DNA from: Mobula birostris
Taxonomy: Eukaryota
NCBI RefSeq assembly: GCF_030028105.1
Contig: NC_092393.1
Span: 54,880,125 to 54,944,124 of the forward strand
Reading direction: 5' to 3'
Length of the DNA: 64,000 nt
The translations under genes and the position numbers were made by a program. Positions within the stretch are counted from its first letter, which is position 1. Every line of letters starts with the position of its first letter. A model generated the notes under the pieces. That model did no database searches, was not told where the DNA came from, and saw only the letters and a program-made list of their open reading frames with translations. Positions 26,251-39,552 of the stretch are shown piece after piece.

Positions 26251-28214
26251 ACTATTTGTAACAAGCCAATTTAATTACACAAACGTAAATAAATAGGAAA
26301 GTTCTAATAATCACAGCAGACACATGATTTCAAAATGACCAAGTTTGGGGTTCAAATAACTAACTTCTGGAAAAGCAAAATGGGAGAGAGGTTGGGTGGG
26401 CATAATGGTTCGCACGGTACTTGACCATACCAGCGACCAGAGTTCGATACCCGCCATTGTCTGTAAGCATAGTGGTTGGCATGGCGCTTGACTGTACCAG
26501 TGACCCAGGTTCAATTCCCACCACTGTCTGTAAGTGTAGTGGTTGGCAAAGCGCTTGACAGTACCAGTGACCAGGGTTTGATTCCCTGCATTGTCTGTGA
26601 GGCGTTTGTACGTTTCCCCCGTGATCACGTGGGTTTCGTCCGGGTGCTCCGGTTTCCTCCCACAGTCCAAAGACATGCCAGTTGCCAGGTTAATTGGTCA
26701 CTGTAAATTGCCCTGTGATTAGGCTAGGGTCACACTGGGGGATTGCTGGGAGGTGTGACCTGAAGGGCTGGTAGGGACTGTTCCACATTGTATCTCAATC
26801 AATAAAAATAAAAAATGAATCACCCGATATTACCGGGGTGAATGACTGTACCTCGCCAATCAACAGGTAGAGCTGGTCTGGGTGGAGCAGGCGGGTGAAA
26901 CACAGGTGATAGTTGCACAAAGATTCCTGAACAGGAGTGGTAAGGTACAGCATCAAGCAACTAGAGACCGTTGTAACCAGGGTTATACAGTAATCATGAA
27001 GACTCAGTCTATAGGTAGACCAGTTTAGCAGTAACAGTGCCAGGCAGCAATGCGCGGGATAGGAAAAAGCTGCGTAAGATCACCCTTCTGTCATGGGCAG
27101 CAGCCTCCCCAGCATCGAGGACGTCTTGAAAAGGCATTCCCTCAAAAAGGAGGCATTGATCATTAAAGGCCTCCGTTGCCCAGGACATGCCCTCTTCTCA
27201 TTGTTACAATCACCGAGGAGGTCAGCAACGGGAAGACACCTACTCAACGTTTTAGCCAGAGCTTCTCCTCTCCGCCAGCAGATTCCTGAAAGGACAAGGA
27301 ACCCATGAACACTTCCTCACTATCCTGCTTTCTTCCCGCACTATATTAAAAAAATATTCTTATTGTAAGTTATAGTTTACTTTTTATGTATTGCTGCTAC
27401 TAAACAAATTTCATGACATATGTCGGTGATAATAAAACTGATTCTGACCAGGGGAACAGACCCTTTTTTTCACATCTAGTATTACATAATGAAGAAAGGA
27501 TAATTAATGATCTGCTAGTTAAACCTGCTAACATGTCAGTAGTGGAAACACGTCGTCACGTCAAGACTGAAGGTGACCTGGTTCAATTTGCAGTCGGGTT
27601 CTTGATCTCAGCAAACTTCGAAGGAACGACACATGAACAGTGGACTGGGAACTGACACTGCAGATCTGAAGGTAACTGAGCGATGACTAACATTCAAAGA
27701 ATTAATATGTGGTTACAAGTCTTTCATGTCTCTTCAAAGAAGAGAAATTCATCAGGGAAAATGATCCAGCCCTGGCTAATAAGAGTTAAAGTTTGTATTC
27801 GATCAAAGGAAAAGGCAAACTATTGCAGAGAAAAATAAACAGCAAGCCTGAAGATGGAGAAGAGAATGTAGCGAAGTTAAGACTTTGATAAGGAACATCA
27901 CTCGCTCTCCCACAATGTTCTCTCCTCTCTCCGTGGTGCTGAGGCTATGAAGACTGCCCCGGCTGCTGTGCTCCATGTCCACAAGTATGATGAACTGATA
28001 CCCAGGCTTTGTGCCTACACCAGGGTTCAGATCCAAGGACTCATTTTGGTTCAGAAAGTTGTGGCTCGCTTCTATTGTTTTCATGATTCATGTTTCTTCC
28101 CCCCGCCCCCCCCGCCTTTCTCGTGCGCATCAGGATCCTCTTGGTTTTTGCGTCTTGGTTTTATTTTTTAAAAATTGGGCTCTTTTGGGTTTTTTTGCTT
28201 TGCGACTGCCTGTA

Positions 28215-28890
28215 AGCATGCAAGTACGGCAGGCAGTGAAGAAAGCTAATGGCATGCTGGCCTTCATAACAAGGGGGATTGAGTATAAGAGCAAAGAGGT
28301 CCTTCTGCAGCTGTACAGGGCCCTGGTGAGACCACACCTGGAGTACTGTGTGCAGTTTTGGTCTCCAAATTTGAGGAAGGACATTCTTGCTATTGAGGGA
28401 GTGCAGCGTAGGTTCACGAGGTTAATTCCCGGGATGGCGGGACTGTCATATGTTGAAAGATTGGAGCGACTGGGCTTGTATACGCTGGAATTTAGAAGGC
28501 TGAGAGGGGATCTTATTGAAACATATAAGATTATTAAGGGATTGGACACGCTGGAGGCAGGAAGCATGTTTCCACTGATGGGTGAGTCCAGAACTAGAGG
28601 CCACAGTTTAAGAATGAGGGGTAGACCATTCAGAATGGAGTTGAGGAAAAACTTTTTCACCCAGAGAGTGGTGGATACATGGAATGTTCTGCCCCAGAAG
28701 GCTGTGGAGCCCAAGTCTCTGGATGCTTTCAAAAAAGTGATGGATAGAGCTCTTAAAGATAGCGGAATCAAAGGTTATGGGGATAAGGCAGGAACGGGGT
28801 ACTGATTGTGGATGATCAGCCATGATCACAGTGAATGGTGGTGCTGGCTCAAAGGGCCGAATAGCCTACTCCTGCACCTATTGTCTATCT
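28215..28890 (+). mobile_element. Young CR1 LINE 3' fragment with uninterrupted C-terminal ORF
   Basis: About 195 codons MQVRQAVKKANGMLAFI...KGYGDKAGTGY*, then 3'UTR. Same subfamily as 3386-4080. Confidence 0.92.
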
Positions 28891-31800
28891 CCAGGTTGTA
28901 TAATTTATACATCATTCGGCAATAAACGCACTTAGAAACGTGAAACTTTGAAAGTAGAACATACCAACATAGAAGAGTACGGCACAGTACAGGCCCTTCA
29001 GCCCAAGATGTCGTGCTGACCCCTTAACTTACTCTTAAGATCAATCTAACCTTTCCCTCCTACATAGCCCAACATTTTTCTAACATCCATATACCTATCT
29101 TAATATACTGTATCTGCATCTGCCACCTCCCCTAACAGGGGGTTCCATGCACCCACTACTGTATAAAATGAAAACCTACCTCTGACATTCCCCTGTATTT
29201 TCTTCCAATCACCTTAAAAGTACACCCTCTAGTATTAGCCATTTCTGCCCTGGCTTCCACTCTATCTAAAGTGCTAGTTGTCTATTGCTCCTCCAACCTG
29301 AGCGTGGCAGTAGAGGGGACTGTGGTCCGACATGTCAGAATGGGAGTGGGAAGTTGAATTGGAATGGGAGTGGGAAGTTGAATCGAAATGGGTGGCTATT
29401 TTCCAGTTGCTCAAATCAACAAGATTTAAGCAGCATCTTAAAGGCAGTTTTGACAAGATTTAGGGAGGGAATACCATTGGGAACTGGGGCTAATTGGTCA
29501 ATAGAAGATCTAAGCTGGCTGAGGTCTTGAAGAGAAAAGATCGGGAGGGATCTGATAGAACAAAGGATTTTAAAGGGCAGGGCTGCTGCCAGGGGCAGAT
29601 TAACAAAGTAAATGAGGGGTTCTTGCCCGAGATGTTTCTAACCAAGATGTTCATTTAGGTCATGGCCCAGAATCGGTTGTCTTTTATGTTCATAAGAATG
29701 GTTTTTGTGAACAGCACAGGAGGGTTTAGTGACAGGGATGAGGGGGAGTTAGAGGTCAGGGGTCGGAGTGCTTTGCGGTCAGAAGGCCAGTGATCCCCAA
29801 GTGTGCAGGTTAGGTCAGCAGGCGCTGAGGATGTGGAATAGCTACTGTTACGTACAAGAGAAAATCTGGAGATGCTGGAAATCCAAGGCAACACACAGAA
29901 AGTGCTGGAGGAACTCAGCAGGCCAGGCAGCGTCTATGGAAAATACGAGTACAGGTGCTGTTTCAGGCCGAGACCCTTCGTGTTGTTTTGCTGAACATCA
30001 CTGGCATGTTACGTTGGTGCTGGAAGCACGGCAACACTTGCGGGCTGCCCCCAGCACATCCTCAGATTATGTCGGGTGTTAGAGGGAGAACGGTAAAACA
30101 CCACACATTCAGCACCTCGGGTCGGGATTGAACCCGAAAGTCACCAGTCATTCAGCCCATCGAGTCTGCTCGGCCATTCCAGCAGAACCGGTTTTTCCCC
30201 CAACCCCAGTCTCCAATCTTCTCCCAGTAACCCCTAACCCCCTTACCAGCCTCTACCTTGAATGTACCATGACTTGGCCTCCACAACCCTCTGTGGCAAA
30301 AACTTCCACAGATGCATCACCCTCTGAAGAAATTCCTCCTCGTCCCAGTTTTAAAGGGATATCCCTTTATCCCGAGGCTCCTCGGATCCTAGACTCTCCA
30401 ACAAATGGAAACGTCCTCTCCATGTCCACCTGATCCAGGCCTTTTGGTATCCAATACATTTCAATGAGATGCACCCCTCCCCCCAGCCTTCTGAACTCCA
30501 TTGACATAAGACATAGAATTAAACTATTCAGCCCATCGAGTCTGCTCAGAGACATCAAAAGCCCTCGGATACTGGTGCGGTGAGGTAACATCTCTACTTA
30601 TCACCATTACGTGTTGTGCCATATGACATCAGCATTATGCACCATGTTGTATGACATCATCATCATGTGTCATGTTGTATGACATCATTATGTGCCGTGT
30701 TGTATGACATGGGCAATCACGGTCTTGACCTTGATTGTTCTTGGCAAATTTTTTCTACAGAAGTGGTTTGCCATTGCTTTCCTCTGGGCAACATATTTAC
30801 AAGATGGGTGACCCCAGCCATTATCAATACAGTACTCTTCAGGGATTGTCTGCCTGGCGTCAGTGGTCGCATAACCAGCATTTGCGATATGCACTAGCTA
30901 CTTGTACGACCACCCACCACCTGACCCAGATCGGGGGGGGGGGTGGTGGAGGGGCTAAGCAGGTGCCACACCTTGCCTAAGGGTGACCTGCAGGCTAGCG
31001 GATGGAAGGAGCACCTTACCCCTCATTTGGTAGAGAACTATCTCCACCCCGCCACTCTACCAGCTGTTGCATAGTGCCGCCCAGTCACTCCACACTTCTC
31101 TTTCTCCTGGAATCTTGCTGTGTACAACCTAGTAGGCATGTCTCCCTCAGAGATCAGGCTCCCCCCCTCCCCCATGTTAAAGGTTTAATAGAAATACAGT
31201 CTCACTGTTTAAATGTTGTATCTTTAAAAACGTGCACTCTTTGCAGGTTTTTACTAGTGCAAGCTGGCTTGTTCATTGAAGAAGTTATCTTCCACACACA
31301 GGGAGTGCTATATCTGACTGTGCCTGGCATCAGCTGAGTCCTCTGCATCGTCGGCGTGGCTGTCTGTGTTTGATAAGGTGCTGTTGCTCCCTCTGTCTGT
31401 GGTGATTTAGTACAGCTCCTTCCCATCGCAGCCCGGCTGAGGGCTGCTCTTTCGCTGGGTGGGCACCTCCAATCCCGGGAGCTGTGTGCGCGCACAGCAA
31501 GGCTGCCCGGAACAGATCGCTGCCGGCTGCAGATCGCAGCATGGAGTTCCGGGTGGGGGGGGCCTGTGAGAAGGCCAACTCCGGCCAGCCCAGGCCGCAG
31601 AAGAGGGCGTGCCTCTCCTGGAGGGATCCGGCGAGTTAGCAGGCAGGTAGAGCAAAAGGCTGGGTTCAGATTCATTTACTCATAACCCTTACAGTGAAGC
31701 ACACAGCGAAATGCGTGACTTGTGTTAACAACCAGCACAACCGAAGGATGTGGTAGGGGCAGCGCGCAGGCATTGCCACAGAGTCTGCAGCCACACGGCC

Positions 31801-33042
31801 TCCTTACCAAGTTCAGCAGAATAATGTAAGCAGCAGCTGCTGCAAAACAGGCCCCTCTCCCATCCACTCATACAGACAGGCCTTCCAGCCACAGGGCAGG
31901 CTGCCTCTGGGCCTCTGAGAGTGCCTGGCCCACAACTGCAACTCACAGATCCCTGACCTCAGGACGAGCCAACTCGGGGAGGGGCCTCGGGCCTACGCCT
32001 CTAACACTCGCCAGCTTCGGTCTTTGACCCTGAAGTTTCAGCCTCCAGACCTTGCTGACCTCTGGATACTGACCCCAGGCCTTGCTGATCATGGGATTTT
32101 GACCTCCAAGCCTTGCATGGACCTCCGACCCCAGGACTCGCTGACCTGGGAGGAGAGAAGGACACCGCCCATTGTGCCTCCTGCCCGCATGGACTACTGA
32201 CCCCGGCCTTGCTGACCCTGGGGGGGGATCATCCTCAGGGCCCGCTGACCTCTGTCACCGACCACAGGTCCAGTGGCCTTTATTGCAAGAGGGTTGCGGT
32301 TTACAAAATAGGGAAATGTTTACAGCTGGGGGACTGCGTACAGTTTTGTTCCCTTTATTTAAGAAAGTATTCAGTGGCCTCTGAGGTAGAAGAGACTCTC
32401 TCAATTCCTGGCACGAGCTGGTCATCCAGTCGCAAGCAGCTGAAGAGATTAGATCGATGTTCCTCCGAGTTCAGAAGAATGAGGGAGCGATATTATTGAA
32501 ACATTACGACCTTCAGAAAGCACCTGACAGAGTAGATGTGGATACGCTTCCAGAGGTGGGAGAACTTTGAACAACAGAACAGAGTTATAAAGGCGAGGGG
32601 GTGTTTACTTAACATTGAGATGCTTGGGAAAAAAATTTTCGCAGAGGATGACCTCTGTTTTAAACAAACCCAATAGCTTGGCCTCCAAGCCCCCTGTGGC
32701 AGAAAATTCCACAGATTCACCACCCTCTGGATAAAGAAATTTCTCCTCATCTCCTCATCCACCAGGTTCTAGACTCTCCCACTAACAGCCTCAAAGTAGT
32801 AGGACATCCTTCTACTTTGAGGCTGTGCCACCAGGTTCTAGACTCTCCCACTACCGGAAACGTCCTCTGCACGTCCACTCTATCTAGGCCTTTCAGTATT
32901 AGACAGATTTCAATGCGATCTTCCCCTCGTTCCTCTAAACTCCACCAAGTACAGACCCAGAGTCCTCAAGTGCTCTTCATATGTTAACCATTTCATTCCT
33001 AGAGTCAAATCAGATGGACAACCGCGCCATTGTGCACAGCCT

Positions 33043-33614
33043 TCACAGCTGGTTGTACAGGGGCCTGCACTGAGGGTCCAGCTTGTAGGGGCCCTGGTCT
33101 TCCAGCACGCCTTCGGGAGCACACACCCAGGGGTCGTCAGTCAGCCACTGCCACTTTTTCAGCTGCCCCCTCATGTCCTCCAGCACCTTCTGATACCGGG
33201 GGTCAGAGGCGAGGTTGTGGGTCTCGACCGGGTCTGCTTGCAGATCGAAGAGTTCCCACTGCTCTCGGTAGTAGTACTGGTGCAGGGACTTCTTCCAGTG
33301 GACCGGCAGGCCGGAGGTGGTGCGGTTCAGCAGGTCCTGGAAGGTGGGAGAGAGGTAGAAGTCCTGGTCGATGGGGAAAGGCATCTTGAAGTGAAGGTTG
33401 TGGACCAGGCGGAACTGGAGGTGCTGAAGAGCCCTCATGGGGTAATACATGGTGACCTCGTGGTGACTCTGACTGGCGTAGGCCGTTTGCCAGGGCTGCT
33501 CGGAGTTCAGGGCCGGAAGAATGGACTTGCCGGTTAGATGTACCGTCTTCTTCCCGAAGATACTGTAGGCGGGATAAGGGACAGAGAACCAGTCCAGGAT
33601 AGTCGGAGTTATAT
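33043..33614 (-). CDS. SGSH: SGSH exon 8 (terminal coding exon)
   Basis: ctgcag|AT, 572 nt: [15 protein letters not shown]...[14 protein letters not shown]...[28 protein letters not shown]. The eight exons sum to 1533 nt (510 aa) in one frame. Confidence 0.98.
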
Positions 33615-34150
33615 CTGCAGAAGCAATGATCAAGACGATTTAATTTTTTAATTACGAGATACAGAACGTTAACGGGCCCTTCTGGCCTACAAGCTCGTGC
33701 TGCTCAATTCCACCTACGTGACCAATTAACCTGCTGACCGGTACGTCGTTGGAAAGTGCGAGGAAATCAGGGCGCCCGGGGGTAAACCCACGCGGTCAAG
33801 GGGAGAACGCACAAACTCCCTACGGGGGACGGTGCGATTCCAACCCGGGTCGCGGTCGCCCGTACTGTGAAGCATTGTGCTAAACACTACGTGGCCGTGC
33901 CGCCTCACAGTAGCGCACGCAATGGCGCATCGTACACGTTACCAATTAATCTACCAGCCCGTCCGTCTTTGGAAAGTGGGAGGAAATCAGAGCACCCGGG
34001 GGAAAGCCCAGTCACGGTGAGAATGTACAAACCCCTTACAGGCAGCAACAGGAATCGAACCCCTGTGGCTGGTGTTATAAAGTGTTACACTAACTGCTAC
34101 ACTACCACGCCACTAATATCTCTTTACTTATGACAAAACATCTGTGAATA

Positions 34151-34217
34151 CAGTCCTCTGTAAAAATCTTAGGCACACGTATATAGCTAGGGTGCCTAAG
34201 ACTTTTGCAGAGTACTG
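34151..34217. mobile_element. Tiny Tc1/mariner-type MITE (67 bp)
   Basis: TA-cagtcctctgtaaaaatcttaggcac...gtgcctaagacttttgcagagtactg-TA. About 26-bp imperfect TIRs. Confidence 0.75.
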
Positions 34218-34959
34218 TAGTAATTTTACGTATCGTACTGTACTGCTGCAGCAAAAAAAAACAAATTCAATGACGTTTATGAGTGATGATAAACCTGATT
34301 CTGATCTGGGTCTCTATTGTGGGCTGACAGTGGGAAGAGGCCAGGGAGAGGGGAATCATGGTTGGGAAAAAGGGGAAGGGAGCGGGAAGCACCAGAGAGA
34401 CATTCTGTAACGATCGATAAACCGATTGTTTGGACCTTGCCTGGTGTCTCAGGGCTGGATGTTTCTCCCAGCACCAGCACGCCTCCTCTGCCACCCGTCT
34501 CACACCCTCCCATGGCACTCCACCCTCCCCATCCCCAACGCGCCTTGCTCCCGCCAGATTCACAAACTCGCTCTCCGCACCACGCTGACAAATGCAGAAT
34601 GTACAAAAGTCTAAGTCTAGTTACATGCTGTATATGCGCCTAACACTGTTGCACAGGACCGTACATCTCCGTATAAGCGACAGGAAAGACCTGGGTGCTT
34701 GGTCGAGGGTTGAGAAGAGGGACGGAGCTACGAGGAGACGTTGGAAAAACTTGGGTTGTTTCCTCTGAGAGGGGACTGGACAGACGTTGATAAGGGTACG
34801 AGGGGCACAGATAGAGAAGCAGTCATGTTTTCTCCAGGATCAAAATGTCTAATAATAGACAACATGCATTTAAGGTAGGGGAGGGGTGGGAGGGGGGAAT
34901 AATTCAAAGAAATGTGTGGGCAGGAGTTTACTTTCTTTAAAAACAGTTTTGGAATTCAC

Positions 34960-35325
34960 TGCCAGGGGCGTAGTGGTGGTGAACGCGCCAGGGGTGCAGT
35001 GGTGAACGCGCCAGGGCGTAGCTGTGGTGGTGAACGCGCCGGGGTGTAGCGGTGGTGGTGAACGCGCCGGGGCGTAGCAGTGGTGGTGAACGCGCCGGGG
35101 GTGCAGTGGTGAACGCGCCGGGGCGTAGCGGTGGTGGTGAACGCGCCAGGGGTGCAGTGGTGAACGCGCCGGGGTGTAGCGGTGGTGGTGAATGCGCCGG
35201 GGCGTAGCGGTGGTGGTGAACGCGCTGGGGGTGCAGTGGTGAACGCGCCGGGGCGTAGCGGTGGTGGTGAACGCGCCGGGGCGTAGCGGTGGTGGTGAAC
35301 GCGCCAGGGGTGTGGTGGAGGTGAA
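34960..35325. repeat. GC-rich minisatellite (about 23/28-bp units) inside a CR1 3' fragment, SGSH intron 7
   Basis: Repeated gtggtgaacgcgccggggcgtagcg / ggggtgcagtggtgaacgcgcc. Flanks are CR1 sequence. Confidence 0.92.
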
Positions 35326-36243
35326 CATGATAGGGGTGTTTCGATAGGCACACGAATATGGAGAGAATGATCATACGATATAGGAAAAGAATTAGGCCAT
35401 TCAGCCCATCAAATCTGCTCCACCATTCCATCATGGCTGATTTATTATCCCTCTCAACCCCATTCTCCTGGTAATCTTTGACACCCTGACTTTATCAAGA
35501 AGCATTCAACCTCCACTTTAAACATACCCAATAACTTGGCCTCCGCAGCCACCTGTGGCAAGAATTCCATGGTCTCACTACCCTCTAGTAAAAGAAATCC
35601 CTCCTCACCTCTGTTCTAAATGAACATCTCTCTAGTCTGACATTGTAGCCTCTGGTCCTGGGCTCCCCTTCTGTAGGAAACATTCTCCCCACATCCACTC
35701 TATCTAGGCCTTTCAATATTCAATAGGTTTCAGTGAGATCTCCCCCCCCCCCACCCCCATTCTCCTAAACTCCAGAGAGTACAAGCCCAAAGCCATCAAA
35801 CGCTCCTCGGATATTAACCCTTTCAATCTCATAAACCTCCTCAGGACCCTCTGAATGGAGGCATATTGACATTGGACACTGAGTAGGCAGAAACCATCAG
35901 TTTAGTTAGCCAGTTTTGCAGAATCAGGTGAACGATCACCGCCATATCTTATGAAATTTGTTGTTTTGCAGCAGCTGCACATTGCAATACATAAAGTATA
36001 CTACAAATTACAATAGCAGAAAATGAAATAATGCATAGGACAGCAAAATAGTGGGGTAGAGTTCATGAATGGAAACAGCGTTTTCCCCCAGGCCGTGAGA
36101 GTACTGAGCTCCCTCCCCCCACTCATACCTCATTCCCAATCAAACACCACTGGCGATAAAACATTCACCTTTTAACTTGTGTCGTAAATGCACCTTCTAA
36201 CCTGTTAATTTATTTGTGGTGATATTACTTTATACGTTGTGTC

Positions 36244-36286
<43 letters not shown>

Positions 36287-36409
36287 GCATGCGAGCGGGA
36301 GAGAAAGCTGTATGTACTGTGTTGTGCACCTTGGTCTGAAGGAACATTGTTTCATTTGATCGTGTACACGTGAACGATTGAATGACAATGAACTGAATTT
36401 GAACGTGAA

Positions 36410-37035
36410 AACTCTGGCGGGAGGAGGGAGCAGCGCGCCGCGCGTGCGCAGCCCTCCGGTGAAAAATGATATCGTATCCGTTAAATAGGGGCCGTGGACA
36501 ATTCTGATTTGATGGAGACGGACGTGAAAACACAGAGGAACATCTAGAGAAATTTTTGAAACGCTCGTTCGCTGCTGTCGTTACAGCGTGGTCGGGAATC
36601 TTTTGGAGGGTAGGCCTCAAAATCCCCGGCTTTGCCTGCTGTTGGTGACCGAGATTGAGGTCGAATCGTTCAGACAGAGATGGCGCTCACTACTCGGTGC
36701 CAGAGAACTGATCAGAGCTCGAAGTTTTCGGGTGACTCAGAGTTGGACCATGGTCGGGCATGGCAGGGAGAGTTTTCCTTCCTTCTCCCGTCTGCGTGAG
36801 ATGTGGGACATTTGAGAGACTTTGAACTTTACTGTGCTCATGGACTTCTTCATCAAGTTATGGTATTGTTGCACTGTTGTAACTATATGTTATAATTATG
36901 TGGTTTTGTTAGTTTTTTCAGTCTTGGCCTGTCCTGTGTTTTGTGATATCACACCGGAGGAAATATTGTATCATTTCTTAATGCATGCATTACTAAATGA
37001 CAATAAAAGAGGACTGCGTGTCTTCATAATCTAAG
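36410..37035 (+). mobile_element. Non-autonomous LINE-derived element with AATAAA-AATCT tail; related copy at about 49270-50070
   Basis: Both copies share ctgatttgatggagacggacgtga and the tail aataaa...aggactg.gtgtc.tcataatctaa. Confidence 0.7.
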
Positions 37036-37243
37036 TCCAGCAGCGGAGGGGGAAGAAGAACTAGTTTAATTAGTTTGGCACAACACAGGGGTCCGACTGG
37101 CCTGTCACTAAGCTGTACTGTTCTGTTTTCTATGTAATGATAAATGAAAAGGAGGAACACCCTGCCAGTGGGGAAGGGGAGATGCATTGACAGGGACCGA
37201 GGCTTTAGACCCTGTTATCCCGCTGCCCCGAGCCACCACGTAC

Positions 37244-37447
37244 CCAGCAGGCTGACGAAGGACCGGCTGATCTGACCCCATCGCTCCGGGTGGTCCGGAG
37301 AGTGGACCAACATGGGCTCGGCAACTCCAGGCTGGTACAGGTTGGTCCTCCCATTGGGAAAGGGGATTCCGTTGTCCGAACTGTAGATTACCAGCGTGTC
37401 CTCGGCGTGGCCAGCCCCTGACAGTTCCTCCAGCACCAGCCCAATTC
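37244..37447 (-). CDS. SGSH: SGSH exon 7 (SDNG metal-binding motif)
   Basis: cag|GA...CTG G|gtacg, 204 nt: [68 protein letters not shown]. Confidence 0.96.
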
Positions 37448-38163
37448 CTGCGGAAAGGATGAGCGGATAGGTCAAAGTTCAAAGTAAGCTGATCATCGAT
37501 GCAAGAGATGCTGCGAGGGCTGGAAAAACAGAGTGACACGCACGAAATGCTGGGGAAACTCAGCAGGTTGGGCAGCATCTATGCAGGGGAATAAACAATT
37601 GACACCCTTCATCAGGACTGGAAAGGAAAGGTGGGAACAGCCAGAATAAGAACGGGGCGATAGGTGAAGCCTGGTGAGGGGAGAAGGTGGTTGCGTGGGA
37701 GAGGAGTGATGAAGTAAGAAGCTGGGAGGTGATTGGTGGAAAAGGTAAAGAGTTGAAGAAGGAGGAATCTGATAGGAGAGGAGAGTGGACCATGGGAAAA
37801 AGGAAAGGAGGAGGCGAACCGGAGGGAAGTGTGGGCAGGTGAGGTGAAGAGGAGCAAGAAAGGAAATGGGAATTCATTTCCTTGCAGGCGTTTGCAAGAG
37901 AAAAGAAAAACAGTGGAATTTTATGAAAGGCATACAGAAACAAGGTCAAGATTCGAGTTTACTTATGGTGTGTGCATTGAAACGTAGTGAAATGCACGGT
38001 TTGCGTTCACAACCAACACACTCAAGGATGTGCCAGGGCAGCAGCCCACAAGTGTGGCCGCTCTCTCCGGCACCAACGTAGCAAGCAAGCCCGCAGCGCT
38101 CGGCAGAACAACACAGAACACAAGAAGCAACAAAACTACAGCAGCAAAACCAGTCCTGTTCCC

Positions 38164-38219
<56 letters not shown>

Positions 38220-38424
38220 GTCCTCTAACCCCAGGAAAGGCCGTCTTTCTCGGCTGGAATCGGACTTGCGCAAAGACTGACAAACAACTAAAGTACGAAA
38301 GAAGACAGACTGGGAACATGCGCCGCGACAAGTCCCGGAAAGCGAGCCTGCAGGCTGCAGAGCCAGTCCAGAGCGGTGGTGGTTGAAGTCACCCACGCCG
38401 GTTCGAGAGCTTGCAGTCACTGAC

Positions 38425-38506
38425 CTTGGTCGAGACGGCTGATGGTGGTATACTGCGCAGCCAGGTCAGCACGGGACGCTGGCGTGTCCGGCAGGAAGGG
38501 AGGCAC
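38425..38506 (-). CDS. SGSH: SGSH exon 6
   Basis: cag|GTG...CAA G|gtcag, 82 nt: [27 protein letters not shown]. Confidence 0.95.
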
Positions 38507-39242
38507 CTGGGGAAGGAGGAACAGCAGGAGGGAAAGGTTAAGAATAAAGCCTCACTTCTGTAGTGGATTTACCTCTGCTCCAGGGTCCTGCCCTGTCCAG
38601 GCAGTGCACTGAGTGACCATACCCCCGTACCGCTCCCATAGATTGCCACAGCCAAATCCAAGTTCAGTAAACCAAACGTCCAGCAATTCCTAACACAGAG
38701 TGGCAGACAACAAGCGAGCTGACTCAGGATGGGAGGGTTGTCCTGGGACAGGACACTGAGCGCTCGATCAGTGAGAGGGGACCTCAAAGAAGCAGAGCAC
38801 AGGGCTCAACTGGGCAGATATATGGAAGATATTAAGATATAGGGGCAGAATTCGGCCATCGAGTCTGCTCTGCCATTTTGTCATGGCTTATCCACTTCCC
38901 TCTCAGCCCCAATCTCCTGCCTTCTCCCCGTATCCCTTCAGGTCCTGACTAATCAAGAATCTGTCAGCCTCTGGCTTCAATATCCCCAATGACTAGGCCT
39001 CTACAGCCGCCTGTGGCAACAAATTCCACAGATTCAGATTCTGTTCTAATGGACATATCACTAACCAATCACCCAGGACGTGCACTCATCTCATTGCTAC
39101 CACTGGGAAGGAGATACAGGAGCCTGAAGGTACACACTCAGCGATTCAGGAACAGCTTCTTCCCCTCTGCCATCCCGATTCCTGAATGGGCATTGAACCC
39201 ATCAACATTACCTCACTTTTTATATATCTGTTTTTGCACTAG

Positions 39243-39552
39243 TGTGGGCACGTGGCCAAGTGGTTAAGGCATTGGACTGGCGACCTGAAGGTCGTGAGTT
39301 CGAGCCCCAGCCGAGGGAACGTGTTGTGTCCTTGAGCAAGGCACTTAATCACACATTGCTCTGCGATGACACCAGTGCCAAGCTGTACGGGTCCTAATGC
39401 CCTTCCCTTGGACAACATTGGTGTCGTGGAGAGGGGAGACTTGCAGCATGGGCAACTGCTGGTCTTCCATACAACCTTGCCCAGGCCTGCGCCCTGTAGA
39501 GTGAAGACTTTCCAGGCGCAGATCCATGGTCTCGCAAGACTAACGATGCCTT
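39243..39552 (+). mobile_element. tRNA-derived SINE with RTE-like 3' tail
   Basis: A box TGGCCAAGTGG, B box GTTCGAGCC, CORE-like gtgtccttgagcaaggcactt. Body resembles the reverse strand of 53690-53830. Confidence 0.8.

Noticed and set aside
30108-30125. RE1/NRSE-like TTCAGCACC
   Set aside because: Only the left half-site, and it lies in SINE-like sequence.
34870-35434. His/Pro/Thr-rich ORFs
   Set aside because: Minisatellite translation in three frames.
39243-39322. tRNA gene
   Set aside because: A and B boxes are present but there is no proper acceptor stem or terminator, and it continues into a SINE body and tail.
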